From NCBI GenBank assembly GCA_964016885.1, contig OZ024756.1, forward strand, positions 25,420,001 through 25,484,000: a stretch of 64,000 nt of DNA. Direction: 5' to 3'. This stretch comes from Eledone cirrhosa. Its lineage: Eukaryota. The notes under the pieces are model-generated. The model searched no databases and had not been told where the DNA came from. It was given only the letters and a program-made list of their open reading frames with translations. The first letter of the stretch is position 1; each line of letters opens with the position of its first letter. Positions 1 to 32,399 of this stretch are shown here, one piece after another. The position numbers were made by a program, and so were the translations under genes.

Positions 1-89
1 TATGGTCTTTAAAGCGAAGAAATACCCATGATGGTTGGAAGATCACTGATGAAGGACCACTTTATTCATATATATATATATATATATAT

Positions 90-932
90 AAATTTAGCGA
101 GAATCTCATTTCGGCGGGTAGAAATTGGCGAAACGCAACTTCTGTATTGTGCAGACAAGCGCTCCATGGATATGAAGATACCAGAGCAATAAACATAAGT
201 TTAAATGGTCATACAAACTGGGACGATGGTTAAGAAGCCATTAACCACCTTAGCCAAAAAAGCGAACAAGCTAAACGGGTCAAACAAAATAAGATATGAT
301 TGAAATAGTTACCCGGACCCTCGGGAAGATGGAATACTCCGATATTTGGGTTTCTGCAACACCTAAATCAATAGTCTGCTTATAAAAAATAAGCTTTGGT
401 ATAATGATCGAACAAGGCATTGCTTTCTCAACAGGCATTTTGCTCTTCGTGCGCCAGAATCTCACAGGTTATGGAAGCACATGTGAGGTTCTAAGGGGAG
501 GAAACCCCTATTTTGGCCAGTGAATTCAGCATGTGTAGTTATTGCAAAAATTTGCAAAAACAGCACAAAACGAATTTAGCTCTCGACCGAGTTGTTTTTA
601 AAATAAACTTAAGCGATTAATCAGTCAATAGAATTAACTAAAAAGCCAAAGAAAATTAACTGGTTAATCGCTTGACTTGGGAGATTAATACAAATATAAA
701 TTTAGCGAGAATCGCATTTCGGCGGGTAGAAATTGGCGAAACGCAACTTCTGTATTGTGCAGACAAGCGCTCCATGGATCTGAAGAGATACCAGAACTAT
801 AAACATAAGTTAAAATGGTCATACAAACTGAGACGATGGTTAAGAAGCCATTAACCACCTTAGCCAAAAAAAGTGAACAAGCTAAACGGGTCAAACAAAA
901 TAAGATATGATTGAAATAGTTACCCGGACCCT
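90..932. repeat. Partial tandem direct repeat (about 235-bp segment repeated at a 608-bp period) between (TA)n tracts
   Basis: aaatttagcgagaatc...gttacccggaccctc at about 90-322 and 698-932 with few mismatches. Confidence 0.85.
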
Positions 933-974
933 CAGATATATATATATATATATTATATATTATATTATATAGTA

Positions 975-1047
<73 letters not shown>

Positions 1048-1176
1048 ATCAAAAGATGGTTAAATGAGTTCCATGTATTTTATTATGCGCATATTATGCT
1101 TCTTATCCGATATCTGCATTGCTTTATTGTACTACAATAAAACTCACCTCCTACATATATATATATATATATATAT

Positions 1177-3575
1177 AATATATAAGAACAAAAGATGGTT
1201 AAAAGAGTTCCATGTATTTTATTATGCGCATTTCAAAAACAAATATCATCATGCAATAATATTTGTGTTTTCATCAGATAAAACAGGAAGACATGATATG
1301 AAGGTTAAAAAACACTTGTGGATAGTGCAGTTTTAAATCAACATATGAAAAGTAGTTTTAGATTGATGTGTGATATTGGGAAAAATATTTTATTTTGAGG
1401 GGGGGGGATGAAAAGGAGGAGGAGATGAGAGTAAAAAGCGGAGAGGGAGGAGTATAATGAGGAAGGATGAGATAGGAGGAGAGATGGGTGATAGAGAGAG
1501 AGAGAGGTAGCTTTTATAACTGAGAAAGATATATTGTTTTACATAGAGAGGTTGAAAACCGTTGGAAGATAATGTATAAATTAAAAGAATTTGAAAATTA
1601 ACGAAGAGAAATAATGTAAAGTTAAGGTTTGAATATTGAGGGGTTTAATAATATGTGCGATGAAAAGAAAATGTTAATATGTATTAAGAATAATATTTAA
1701 GGGTTTAATAACATGTGCGATGGAAAAGAAAAAGTTAATATGTATTAAGAATAATATATAATATGTGCGATGGAAGGAAAATGTTGATATGTATTATTAA
1801 AAAGAACAACATGTAATTTAAGTAAGGATATATTGTGAGATGAGCATGAATGAGTTAGATGAAAGGGAGAAAAAAATAATGAATTGAGGATGAATAATCT
1901 AACGTCAAAAAAATGTTTGTTTACGAAGGATTTTTACAAGGTGATATAGAGTAAGAATGTATTGTATTATGTAATAATTGATTCTATGTTAGGCAACAGT
2001 GAGAAAAGGTACAGATTAGGGGTTAGACATTAAAAGAAAAGGAGAAGAAAGGGAAGTGATAAATAGGAGCGATATAGAATGGGTAACAGGTATTATAGAA
2101 TGTATAATAACCTTTGAAATAAGGTAGAAAAGATGGGTATATTTTTAAAGAAGTGTATATATATATATGTGTGCCTTTGAGAAAAAGATTCTAAATTGAT
2201 AAAGAATATTAGCTGTATACTTTGTGGAATGTTTTGTGGAATTTATGCAAGCAGATAGAAAACAAGTCAGTGCGTCTATTTATTATAGAATCTAAATTAG
2301 ATATAATGGTAAATTTTTCATTTAGACAGAGATTGCAAATTTTGGATAGAGAACTGTTCAAAGACGCAGAAGAAACCTTCTTCCAAAAGATGCTATATTT
2401 AATATTTTTGTCTTTCAAGGACCATATGAGTTCTGAGAGAGCCGTGTTGGTTCTTTTAAGTTTGTATTTAAAAGACGAATGATGGTTATAAAGACGAGCT
2501 TTAAAAGAGGTGGAAGTGGAGCCAAAATAGGTGAAGGAATTGGTGTCTATAATACCTGTTACTCATTCTATATCGCTCCTATTTATCACTTCCCTTTCTT
2601 CTCCTTTTCTTTTAATGTCTAACCCCTAATCTGTACCTTTTCTCACAGTTGCCTAACATAGAATCAATTATTACATAATACAATACATTCTTACTCTATA
2701 TCACCTTGTAAAATTCCTTCGTAAAGAAACATTTTTTTGACGTTAGATTATTCATCCTCAATTCATTATTTTTTTCTCCCTTTCATCTAACTCATTCATG
2801 CTCATCTCACAATATATCCTTACTTAAATTACATGTTGTTCTTTCTAATAATACATATCAACATTTTCCTTCCATCGCACATATTATTAAACCCTTAAAT
2901 ATTATTCTTAATACATATTAACTTTTTCTTTTCCATCGCACATGTTATTAAACCCTTAAATATTATTCTTAATACATATTAACATTTTCTTTTCATCGCA
3001 CATATTATTAAACCCCTCAATATTCAAACCTTAACTTTACATTATTTCTCTTCGTTAATTTTCAAATTCTTTTAATTTATACATTATCTTCCAACGGTTT
3101 TCAACCTCTCTATGTAAAACAATATATCTTTCTCAGTTATAAAAGCTATCTCTCTCTCTCTATCACCCATCTCTCCTCCTATCTCATCCTTCCTCATTAT
3201 ACTCCTCCCTCTCCGCTTTTTACTCTCATCTCCTCCTCTTTTTCATCCTTTCCACCCCCCATCCCCCCTCAAAATAAAATATTTTTCCCAATATCACACA
3301 TCAATCTAAAACTACTTTTCATATGTTGATTTAAAACTGCACTATCCACAAGTGTTTTTTAACCTTCATATCATGTCTTCCTGTTTTATCTGATGGAAAC
3401 ACAAATATTATTGCATGATGATATTTGTTTTTGAAATGCGCATAATAAAATACATGGAAATCTTTTAACCATCTTTTGTTCTTATATATTATGTATACTC
3501 CAGTCCTACAAACTGTAGAGTGCTTCTTATCCGATATCTGCATTGCTTTATTGTACTACAACAAAACTCACCTCC

Positions 3576-3580
<5 letters not shown>
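1177..3580 (-). mobile_element. 5'-truncated Penelope-like (Naiad-type) element with an inverted ~920-bp terminal repeat
   Basis: Minus strand 2209-2547 encodes the GIY-YIG C-terminal half (YFGSTSTSFKARLYNHHSSF...LSELIWSLK...CNLCLNEK...CLH). Arms 1177-2099 and 2546-3490 are reverse complements, and each carries a hammerhead. Confidence 0.85.
1217..1283 (-). ncRNA. Type I hammerhead ribozyme; inverted twin at 3384-3450 (+) has CTGATGG
   Basis: ttttat-CTGATGA-stem II-GAAA-tgcgca-TA-ataaaa; stem I ttttat/ataaaa; palindromic stem III. Confidence 0.8.
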
Positions 3581-3641
<61 letters not shown>

Positions 3642-4187
3642 TAACAGATTAAAGTTTAAGCAAAGAATCGCTGCTTTCACCCTTAACGGGATCTTCTGAA
3701 ACTAACCTTTGGATTTTAGTCTTCAAATTTATTATTATTACTATATATATTACTATATATATATAGTTTCTTACAGACTCATGGTTGCAAGCTCTCTTAA
3801 TCTGCCTGTACATCCTGTATTTGCACTGTTTGTGCTTTGATGTATCTATGCTTTGCTTTGTTGTTTTTTTTGTTTTTGTTTTTTGTTTTGTTTTTTTTCG
3901 GTCGGGGGGGGGGGTATTGTTTTTCTTTTTATTGTTTTTGATCATGCTGAGTAACACCTTCACTCATTCCTTGCTACCCTCTCCCAACCTCCTTACCATC
4001 TATTGCACCAGTTATGTGATACATTTTTATGGAATTTTTGATGGAATTTTTTATGACATTATGTGCGTCATGTATTGTGTCTTTTTCTATATAGCGCTGG
4101 CCTCGGGGCGTCCCTGCTGGTCCTTTAACCTTGTTCTGGTGATGCAGCTTGATGGAGCATGCAACTATTGATATACTCTTGTTTATA

Positions 4188-4234
4188 GGCTCTGATGATT
4201 CCTGCCAAAGAGTATGGATGAAACACTGTTAGCT
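4188..4234 (+). ncRNA. Minimal type I hammerhead ribozyme
   Basis: ggct-CTGATGA-ttcc..ggat-GAAAC-act-GTT-agct, immediately followed by AATAAA. Confidence 0.7.
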
Positions 4235-4279
4235 AATAAAACAATGTATTTCTAAACACTCTTTGGTTATTCCTAAAAT

Positions 4280-4320
<41 letters not shown>

Positions 4321-4599
4321 GTGAGGTTTTTTTACAAAATGAAAAATAACCGGTGTCCTACACCAGTGAAAGTATAAAGAAAAAAAGAGGAAATTGAAAA
4401 TGCAACCGGAGTCTTATTTTTAAAAAAATATATATATTTATTTGGTTCCTTTACCGGTTTCGCAGTTCTTCTGCTTTTCAAAAGTAGAGTTGAGATGGAG
4501 GGTCTGTGATTTTTCTCGTGAGAAAAACCACAGACCCTCCAAGATCCCGTTAAGGGTGAAAGCAGCGATTCTTTGCTTAAACTTTAATCTGTTATTTTA

Positions 4600-4655
<56 letters not shown>

Positions 4656-4659
<4 letters not shown>

Positions 4660-7600
4660 AATTAAGTCAAAGATGTACATCCATATATGTATACTGAAAT
4701 ACTAGTATGTATATGAATACACACACGTATACATATGTAGATGTACCAAGTTTTTTTTCACTGATCACTTTACTGTGAGTGGCCAGCTATTCTGTATGTA
4801 AACACACAGACAAACCGGTTTTTAGAGTCATACTGGTTTTTGAGGAAACACCTTTCCTCTATTCTTCAGAAAGCCAGACAAGGAATATTGAACTAGTTTC
4901 GTTGTTGTTACAACTCATCAGCAATATTTACCTATCTTCCGGCCTCTCTAGAGAATCGTAAAAGCACATATCGCTATATGCTTTTTCTATGAAAATTAGT
5001 AGTGGGCAGACCAACTTGCATAGAGTGTGAGTAAGTACCGGTTCAACGGAGACGATAAAAACAAATAACGAAACGAAATTAAATTTCGTTTCGTTTGTAA
5101 CTCACTTTTGTATGACTGACGCTCAAACAATTAAGTCAAAGATGTACATCCATATATGTATACTGAAATACTAGTATGTATATGAATACACACACGTATA
5201 CATATGTAGATGTACCAAGTTTTTTTTTCACTGATCACTTTACTGTGAGTGGCCAGCTATTCTGTATGTAAACACACAGACAAACCGGTTTTTAGAGTCA
5301 TACTGGTTTTTGAGGAAACACCTTTCCTCTATTCTTCAGAAAGCCAGACAAGGAATATTGAACTAGTTTCGTTGTTGTTACAACTCATCAGCAATATTTA
5401 CCTATCTTCCGGCCTCTCTAGAGAATCGTAAAAGCACATATCGCTATATGCTTTTTCTATGAAAATTAGTAGTGGGCAGACCAACTTGCATAGAGTGTGA
5501 GTAAGTACCGGTTCAACGGAGACGATAAAAACAAATAACGAAACGAAATTAAATTTCGTTTCGTTTGTAACTCACTTTTGTATGACTGACGCTCAAACAA
5601 TTAAGTCAAAGATGTACATCCATATATGTATACTGAAATACTAGTATGTATATGAATACACACACGTATACATATGTAGATGTACCAAGTTTTTTTTTCA
5701 CTGATCACTTTACTGTGAGTGGCCAGCTATTCTGTATGTAAACACACAGACAAACCGGTTTTTAGAGTCATACTGGTTTTTGAGGAAACACCTTTCCTCT
5801 ATTCTTCAGAAAGCCAGACAAGGAATATTGAACTAGTTTCGTTGTTGTTACAACTCATCAGCAATATTTACCTATCTTCCGGCCTCTCTAGAGAATCGTA
5901 AAAGCACATATCGCTATATGCTTTTTCTATGAAAATTAGTAGTGGGCAGACCAACTTGCATAGAGTGTGAGTAAGTACCGGTTCAACGGAGACGATAAAA
6001 ACAAATAACGAAACGAAATTAAATTTCGTTTCGTTTGTAACTCACTTTTGTATGACTGACGCTCAAACAATTAAGTCAAAGATGTACATCCATATATGTA
6101 TACTGAAATACTAGTATGTATATGAATACACACACGTATACATATGTAGATGTACCAAGTTTTTTTTTCACTGATCACTTTACTGTGAGTGGCCAGCTAT
6201 TCTGTATGTAAACACACAGACAAACCGGTTTTTAGAGTCATACTGGTTTTTGAGGAAACACCTTTCCTCTATTCTTCAGAAAGCCAGACAAGGAATATTG
6301 AACTAGTTTCGTTGTTGTTACAACTCATCAGCAATATTTACCTATCTTCCGGCCTCTCTAGAGAATCGTAAAAGCACATATCGCTATATGCTTTTTCTAT
6401 GAAAATTAGTAGTGGGCAGACCAACTTGCATAGAGTGTGAGTAAGTACCGGTTCAACGGAGACGATAAAAACAAATAACGAAACGAAATTAAATTTCGTT
6501 TCGTTTGTAACTCACTTTTGTATGACTGACGCTCAAACAATTAAGTCAAAGATGTACATCCATATATGTATACTGAAATACTAGTATGTATATGAATACA
6601 CACACGTATACATATGTAGATGTACCAAGTTTTTTTTTCACTGATCACTTTACTGTGAGTGGTACATCTACATATGTATACGTGTGTGTATTCATATACA
6701 TACTAGTATTTCAGTATACATATATGGATGTACATCTTTGACTTAATTGTTTGAGCGTCAGTCATACAAAAGTGAGTTACAAACGAAACGAAATTTAATT
6801 TCGTTTCGTTATTTGTTTTTATCGTCTCCGTTGAACCGGTACTTACTCACACTCTATGCAAGTTGGTCTGCCCACTACTAATTTTCATAGAAAAAGCATA
6901 TAGCGATATGTGCTTTTACGATTCTCTAGAGAGGCCGGAAGATAGGTAAATATTGCTGATGAGTTGTAACAACAACGAAACTAGTTCAATATTCCTTGTC
7001 TGGCTTTCTGAAGAATAGAGGAAAGGTGTTTCCTCAAAAACCAGTATGACTCTAAAAACCGGTTTGTCTGTGTGTTTACATACAGAATAGCTGGCCACTC
7101 ACAGTAAAGTGATCAGTGAAAAAAAAAACTTGGTACATCTACATATGTATACGTGTGTGTATTCATATACATACTAGTATTTCAGTATACATATATGGAT
7201 GTACATCTTTGACTTAATTGTTTGAGCGTCAGTCATACAAAAGTGAGTTACAAACGAAACGAAATTTAATTTCGTTTCGTTATTTGTTTTTATCGTCTCC
7301 GTTGAACCGGTACTTACTCACACTCTATGCAAGTTGGTCTGCCCACTACTAATTTTCATAGAAAAAGCATATAGCGATATGTGCTTTTACGATTCTCTAG
7401 AGAGGCCGGAAGATAGGTAAATATTGCTGATGAGTTGTAACAACAACGAAACTAGTTCAATATTCCTTGTCTGGCTTTCTGAAGAATAGAGGAAAGGTGT
7501 TTCCTCAAAAACCAGTATGACTCTAAAAACCGGTTTGTCTGTGTGTTTACATACAGAATAGCTGGCCACTCACAGTAAAGTGATCAGTGAAAAAAAAACT

Positions 7601-9167
7601 TGGTACATCTACATATGTATACGTGTGTGTATTCATATACATACTAGTATTTCAGTATACATATATGGATGTACATCTTTGACTTAATTGTTTGAGCGTC
7701 AGTCATACAAAAGTGAGTTACAAACGAAACGAAATTTAATTTCGTTTCGTTATTTGTTTTTATCGTCTCCGTTGAACCGGTACTTACTCACACTCTATGC
7801 AAGTTGGTCTGCCCACTACTAATTTTCATAGAAAAAGCATATAGCGATATGTGCTTTTACGATTCTCTAGAGAGGCCGGAAGATAGGTAAATATTGCTGA
7901 TGAGTTGTAACAACAACGAAACTAGTTCAATATTCCTTGTCTGGCTTTCTGAAGAATAGAGGAAAGGTGTTTCCTCAAAAACCAGTATGACTCTAAAAAC
8001 CGGTTTGTCTGTGTGTTTACATACAGAATAGCTGGCCACTCACAGTAAAGTGATCAGTGAAAAAAAAACTTGGTACATCTACATATGTATACGTGTGTGT
8101 ATTCATATACATACTAGTATTTCAGTATACATATATGGATGTACATCTTTGACTTAATTGTTTGAGCGTCAGTCATACAAAAGTGAGTTACAAACGAAAC
8201 GAAATTTAATTTCGTTTCGTTATTTGTTTTTATCGTCTCCGTTGAACCGGTACTTACTCACACTCTATGCAAGTTGGTCTGCCCACTACTAATTTTCATA
8301 GAAAAAGCATATAGCGATATGTGCTTTTACGATTCTCTAGAGAGGCCGGAAGATAGGTAAATATTGCTGATGAGTTGTAACAACAACGAAACTAGTTCAA
8401 TATTCCTTGTCTGGCTTTCTGAAGAATAGAGGAAAGGTGTTTCCTCAAAAACCAGTATGACTCTAAAAACCGGTTTGTCTGTGTGTTTACATACAGAATA
8501 GCTGGCCACTCACAGTAAAGTGATCAGTGAAAAAAAAAACTTGGTACATCTACATATGTATACGTGTGTGTATTCATATACATACTAGTATTTCAGTATA
8601 CATATATGGATGTACATCTTTGACTTAATTGTTTGAGCGTCAGTCATACAAAAGTGAGTTACAAACGAAACGAAATTTAATTTCGTTTCGTTATTTGTTT
8701 TTATCGTCTCCGTTGAACCGGTACTTACTCACACTCTATGCAAGTTGGTCTGCCCACTACTAATTTTCATAGAAAAAGCATATAGCGATATGTGCTTTTA
8801 CGATTCTCTAGAGAGGCCGGAAGATAGGTAAATATTGCTGATGAGTTGTAACAACAACGAAACTAGTTCAATATTCCTTGTCTGGCTTTCTGAAGAATAG
8901 AGGAAAGGTGTTTCCTCAAAAACCAGTATGACTCTAAAAACCGGTTTGTCTGTGTGTTTACATACAGAATAGCTGGCCACTCACAGTAAAGTGATCAGTG
9001 AAAAAAAAACTTGGTACATCTACATATGTATACGTGTGTGTATTCATATACATACTAGTATTTCAGTATACATATATGGATGTACATCTTTGACTTAATT
9101 GTTTGAGCGTCAGTCATACAAAAGTGAGTTACAAACGAAACGAAATTTAATTTCGTTTCGTTATTTG

Positions 9168-9172
<5 letters not shown>
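4656..9172. repeat. 470-bp tandem array with central inversion; hammerhead ribozyme in every full monomer (retrozyme-like)
   Basis: Four full copies plus a partial one (4656-6660), then five full copies plus partials inverted (6661-9172). The only differences I found are in poly-T length. Flanked by (TA)n on both sides. Confidence 0.95.
6949..6993 (+). ncRNA. Minimal type I hammerhead of the 470-bp monomer (also 7420-7464, 7890-7934, 8360-8404, 8831-8875 on +; 4884-4928, 5354-5398, 5824-5868, 6294-6338 on -)
   Basis: aatattg-CTGATGA-gttg(taacaa)caac-GAAAC-ta-GTT-caatatt: 7-bp stem I, 4-bp stem II, palindromic AACTAGTT stem III. Confidence 0.9.
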
Positions 9173-9217
<45 letters not shown>

Positions 9218-9298
9218 TAAAACGTATAAATGGAAAAGCACAGTATATAAAAATGTTTTTCCTTAATCCGAGAGAATAAATATTTTTATATTATAAAA

Positions 9299-9464
9299 CG
9301 GTAAAATTCCGTTATAACGAATACCATTATTTTTCAGTATAACGAAATTTTTTTTAATACCCGGCGACACGCTCGATGTGTTACGTCGATCTCGTTATAA
9401 AGAATTTTTCGTTACAACGAATTTTTTTATACCCCATGAAGTTCGTTATAACGGAATTTCACTG
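9299..9464. mobile_element. MITE with pogo/Tigger-like TIRs
   Basis: cggtaaaattccgttataacgaa ... ttcgttataacggaatttcactg, with internal cgttataac sub-repeats. Confidence 0.65.
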
Positions 9465-9465
9465 G

Positions 9466-9498
<33 letters not shown>

Positions 9499-9569
9499 TA
9501 AATATATATAAATCAAGAAAGAAAGAAGAGTGACACGGTTTGCTATACAATAAGGGCTTTAATCACATT

Positions 9570-9675
9570 GCTGACAATTGTTTCTCTGAACTGGTAGGTC
9601 TAGAGATCGCTACCCGCCTGTTTCTGCGTCAATCGATCACCAATACCTAGTTATAACCAGTCAATTCATCAGAGC
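9570..9675 (-). ncRNA. Type I hammerhead with long, branched stem II
   Basis: gct-CTGATGA-..tgactggt...accagttca..-GAAAC-aatt-GTC-agc. Confidence 0.65.
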
Positions 9676-10271
9676 TTGCGAGAATGAAGGGAATACACAG
9701 GCATGGCTTCTATATATAGTAGTGGCACTAAATCAGAACAATAACAACAATACTAACAATGCTAGCAGTAAATTAGTTGAAATAATCACAACATCAATCT
9801 AAGTAAGACATAGAGTATACTTATGACTTTGGCAGGTAAAACGAGCTGATATGGGGCAGATGTATGAAATTGACATGTAAAAGCTGTCATGGGGTGTATT
9901 ATATATAGTATAGAGATAAGCCAGGGCTTTAAACAATGTACCATTTCCTTTACCGTAGGTTTGCTGATCGTAAGAATTATTTATTATCTGAGAGATAAAA
10001 TATTTTCATTGTAGTGGGGATAGTAATTTTTATGTGGTGTAAAGCGGATTCACTATTTAAGTGGTCTATATTAGATGAAGGGATTGTTAGTTCGAATCAT
10101 GGGGTTGTTTAGCTTTCACATCATCAATAACATGCATGTATAAGATAACACTAACAGAGTAGCAATATAATAGGTAAGTTAATACAGAGGTTAAGGAGGC
10201 AATATATATATATAGAGAGAAAAAACACGCTGACTACAATTATAACAACAGGAGGAAGGTGATGTTTTACG

Positions 10272-10299
<28 letters not shown>

Positions 10300-10313
<14 letters not shown>

Positions 10314-10590
10314 GAGAATGTTTGTATGTCTGTCTGTCTGACTCCCTAAAACTCGAGAACCACCCAACCAATTGTTTTCAAACTTTACACATGTAATACT
10401 TATGGTCCTGTGAGTGTTCTGAGCAAAAGATATTTCAAATTTTCCATGCCCTAGGGACCGCATTAGGCTATTTAGCGATCTCTATATATAATTCTTGGTT
10501 TTTCTTTTTAGATAGATACATAGATATAACTTTGCGCCCTTATAATATCTGTCTGTATGTCTGGCTGTCTGCATTACGACATTATGACGC

Positions 10591-10640
<50 letters not shown>

Positions 10641-10775
10641 GCGTGTGTATATATATATAGTGTGTAACGTTTTTCGAAATATTTACTTCTGCGTTCACAG
10701 ATTGATTTTTTTAGTTTCAGAAGATCCCGTTAAGGGTGAAAGCAGCGATTATTTGCTTAAACTTTAATCTGTTAT

Positions 10776-10846
<71 letters not shown>

Positions 10847-10998
10847 ATTATATATTCGTGTACAGATATTTTTGCATACACAATAACAAAATATAAACAA
10901 ATATATTTATTTCACGAGGCTCGATAAGGATAAATATATATCAAATATATAAGAACCCTAGAGCAAATCCCGAGCAACGTCGAGCCATTCTGCTACTA
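10300..10998 (+). mobile_element. Non-autonomous Helitron-like element with nested insertions
   Basis: 5' tatataaaacagagaatgtttgtatgtctgtctgtc; 3' cccgagcaacgtcgag hairpin followed by ctac (degenerate CTAG). Confidence 0.55.
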
Positions 10999-11409
10999 TA
11001 TATAATAACGGCGATGAATTTGTTTTCAGAGCTAGTGAAAATATATGCTATTTTCAAAAATACACAGTGACTGATCGGCCTGATTTACATATTAGCAGAC
11101 TGGCTGATCAGTCAGATCTGCATATGAGCAGATCCACTGATCAGACAGATTTGCATATCAGCAGACTAGCCAGTCAGTTTCCTGTGTACGAACGATAAAT
11201 GGCCGGCTTTGCCAAATTCAAATAAAAAAGAATATTTTCGCTCTACATGGCTGAATACATATATATATTTTTATTTTTTTTATTTTTCATATATATAAAT
11301 ATATATATAAGAGAAATCAGATTTCGCTTCACAATGTGTATAGAAATTTCTAAACAAATGCTATTTTAAGAAGCCGTAGCTACGTAAACACCGTCCTCCG
11401 GTAATTATT

Positions 11410-12240
<831 letters not shown>

Positions 12241-12467
12241 AAATTACAGATTAAGGTTTAAGCAAAGAATCGCTGCTTTCACCCTCAACGGATCTTCTGT
12301 ATATATATATATATAAGAATTAAAATACTAGAGTGTGTTGGAGTTAAACACCCTCTTCATATTATAGAAATGACAGTATAAGATATAGCTCAATGTAATT
12401 AAACAGAGCCGAAGAATTATAAAAAATTAAACCAAAGAAGCCTTCAATACATCAAAAGTATTTATTA

Positions 12468-12505
12468 GCCAACAATGTTTCATCCTATTAAGGACTCATC
12501 AGGGC
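12468..12505 (-). ncRNA. Minimal type I hammerhead ribozyme
   Basis: gcc-CTGATGA-gtcc(ttaata)ggat-GAAAC-att-GTT-ggc, then taataaa. Confidence 0.8.
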
Positions 12506-12748
12506 AAGTAAAGCTACAAGAAGCACTATCGGCCAATACAAGCCAAAAACTCAGAAGAATATGGAGTATACATCTATTAAAGCTTAGGAAAGATATCAAG
12601 GAAAAGTAGGCTAAGATTAAGAGTGAGCAGTTACAAACATAGATATAGACCAAATAGCAAGGAAGTGATTAACATGTTGAACCCACATTGCAAATATTGT
12701 ATAATGCAAAAACTTTTTTTTATAATATATATATAAATAAGTAGAAGT

Positions 12749-12887
<139 letters not shown>

Positions 12888-12900
12888 GTATATATATATA

Positions 12901-12953
<53 letters not shown>

Positions 12954-13175
12954 TAAAAGAGAAAACACAGGTAAGCATTAAGAGAAGGATTTTATCCAGG
13001 TATTTACGACCGTTTCATTGGTAAGTGCAACCTTATATTGCTATACTGCAAATAGGAGCCACTCAATTATAATTGTTGTTCACATTGTTGTTACCCCTAA
13101 CCGTACATTGAAACCATCCATGAAACTGGCTTTCTTAACCAAAAACTGGATCACAATAAGCAATTTTTTGCTTCT

Positions 13176-13255
<80 letters not shown>

Positions 13256-13256
<1 letters not shown>

Positions 13257-13466
13257 AGAAAAACCACAGACCCTCCATCTCAACTCACCTTTTGAAAAGC
13301 AGAAGAACTGCGAAACCGGCAAAGGAACCAAATAAATATATATATTTTTTTAAAAAAATAAGACTTCAGTTGCATTTTAGATTTCATCCCTTTTTCTTTA
13401 TACTTCCACTCGTGTAGGACACCTCGGTTATTTTTCATTTTGTAAAAAAAACCTCACTTTCTAATA
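13256..13466 (+). mobile_element. Penelope pLTR-like fragment; inverted copy at about 4313-4520
   Basis: About 200 bp shared in reverse complement; contains hammerhead-like cctTTTGAAAA-gcag..ctgc-GAAACCG. Confidence 0.6.
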
Positions 13467-13563
13467 TATATATATATATATATATAAAAAAGCAAAAATT
13501 ATTTTAAATCATTTGCAGTGATTACGAGCCCTCAAAATCAATAGGAGCCGAAGAGAAAACAAT

Positions 13564-32399
<18,836 letters not shown>

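Noticed and set aside
40-62. CTGATGA at 46-52 as a hammerhead
   Set aside because: No downstream GAAA or closable stems before the (TA)n tract; at most a truncated relic.
4779-8980. Nine identical 60-aa ORFs (MASYSVCKH...)
   Set aside because: GTG start, no recognisable domain, antisense to the hammerhead; a by-product of the tandem repeat.
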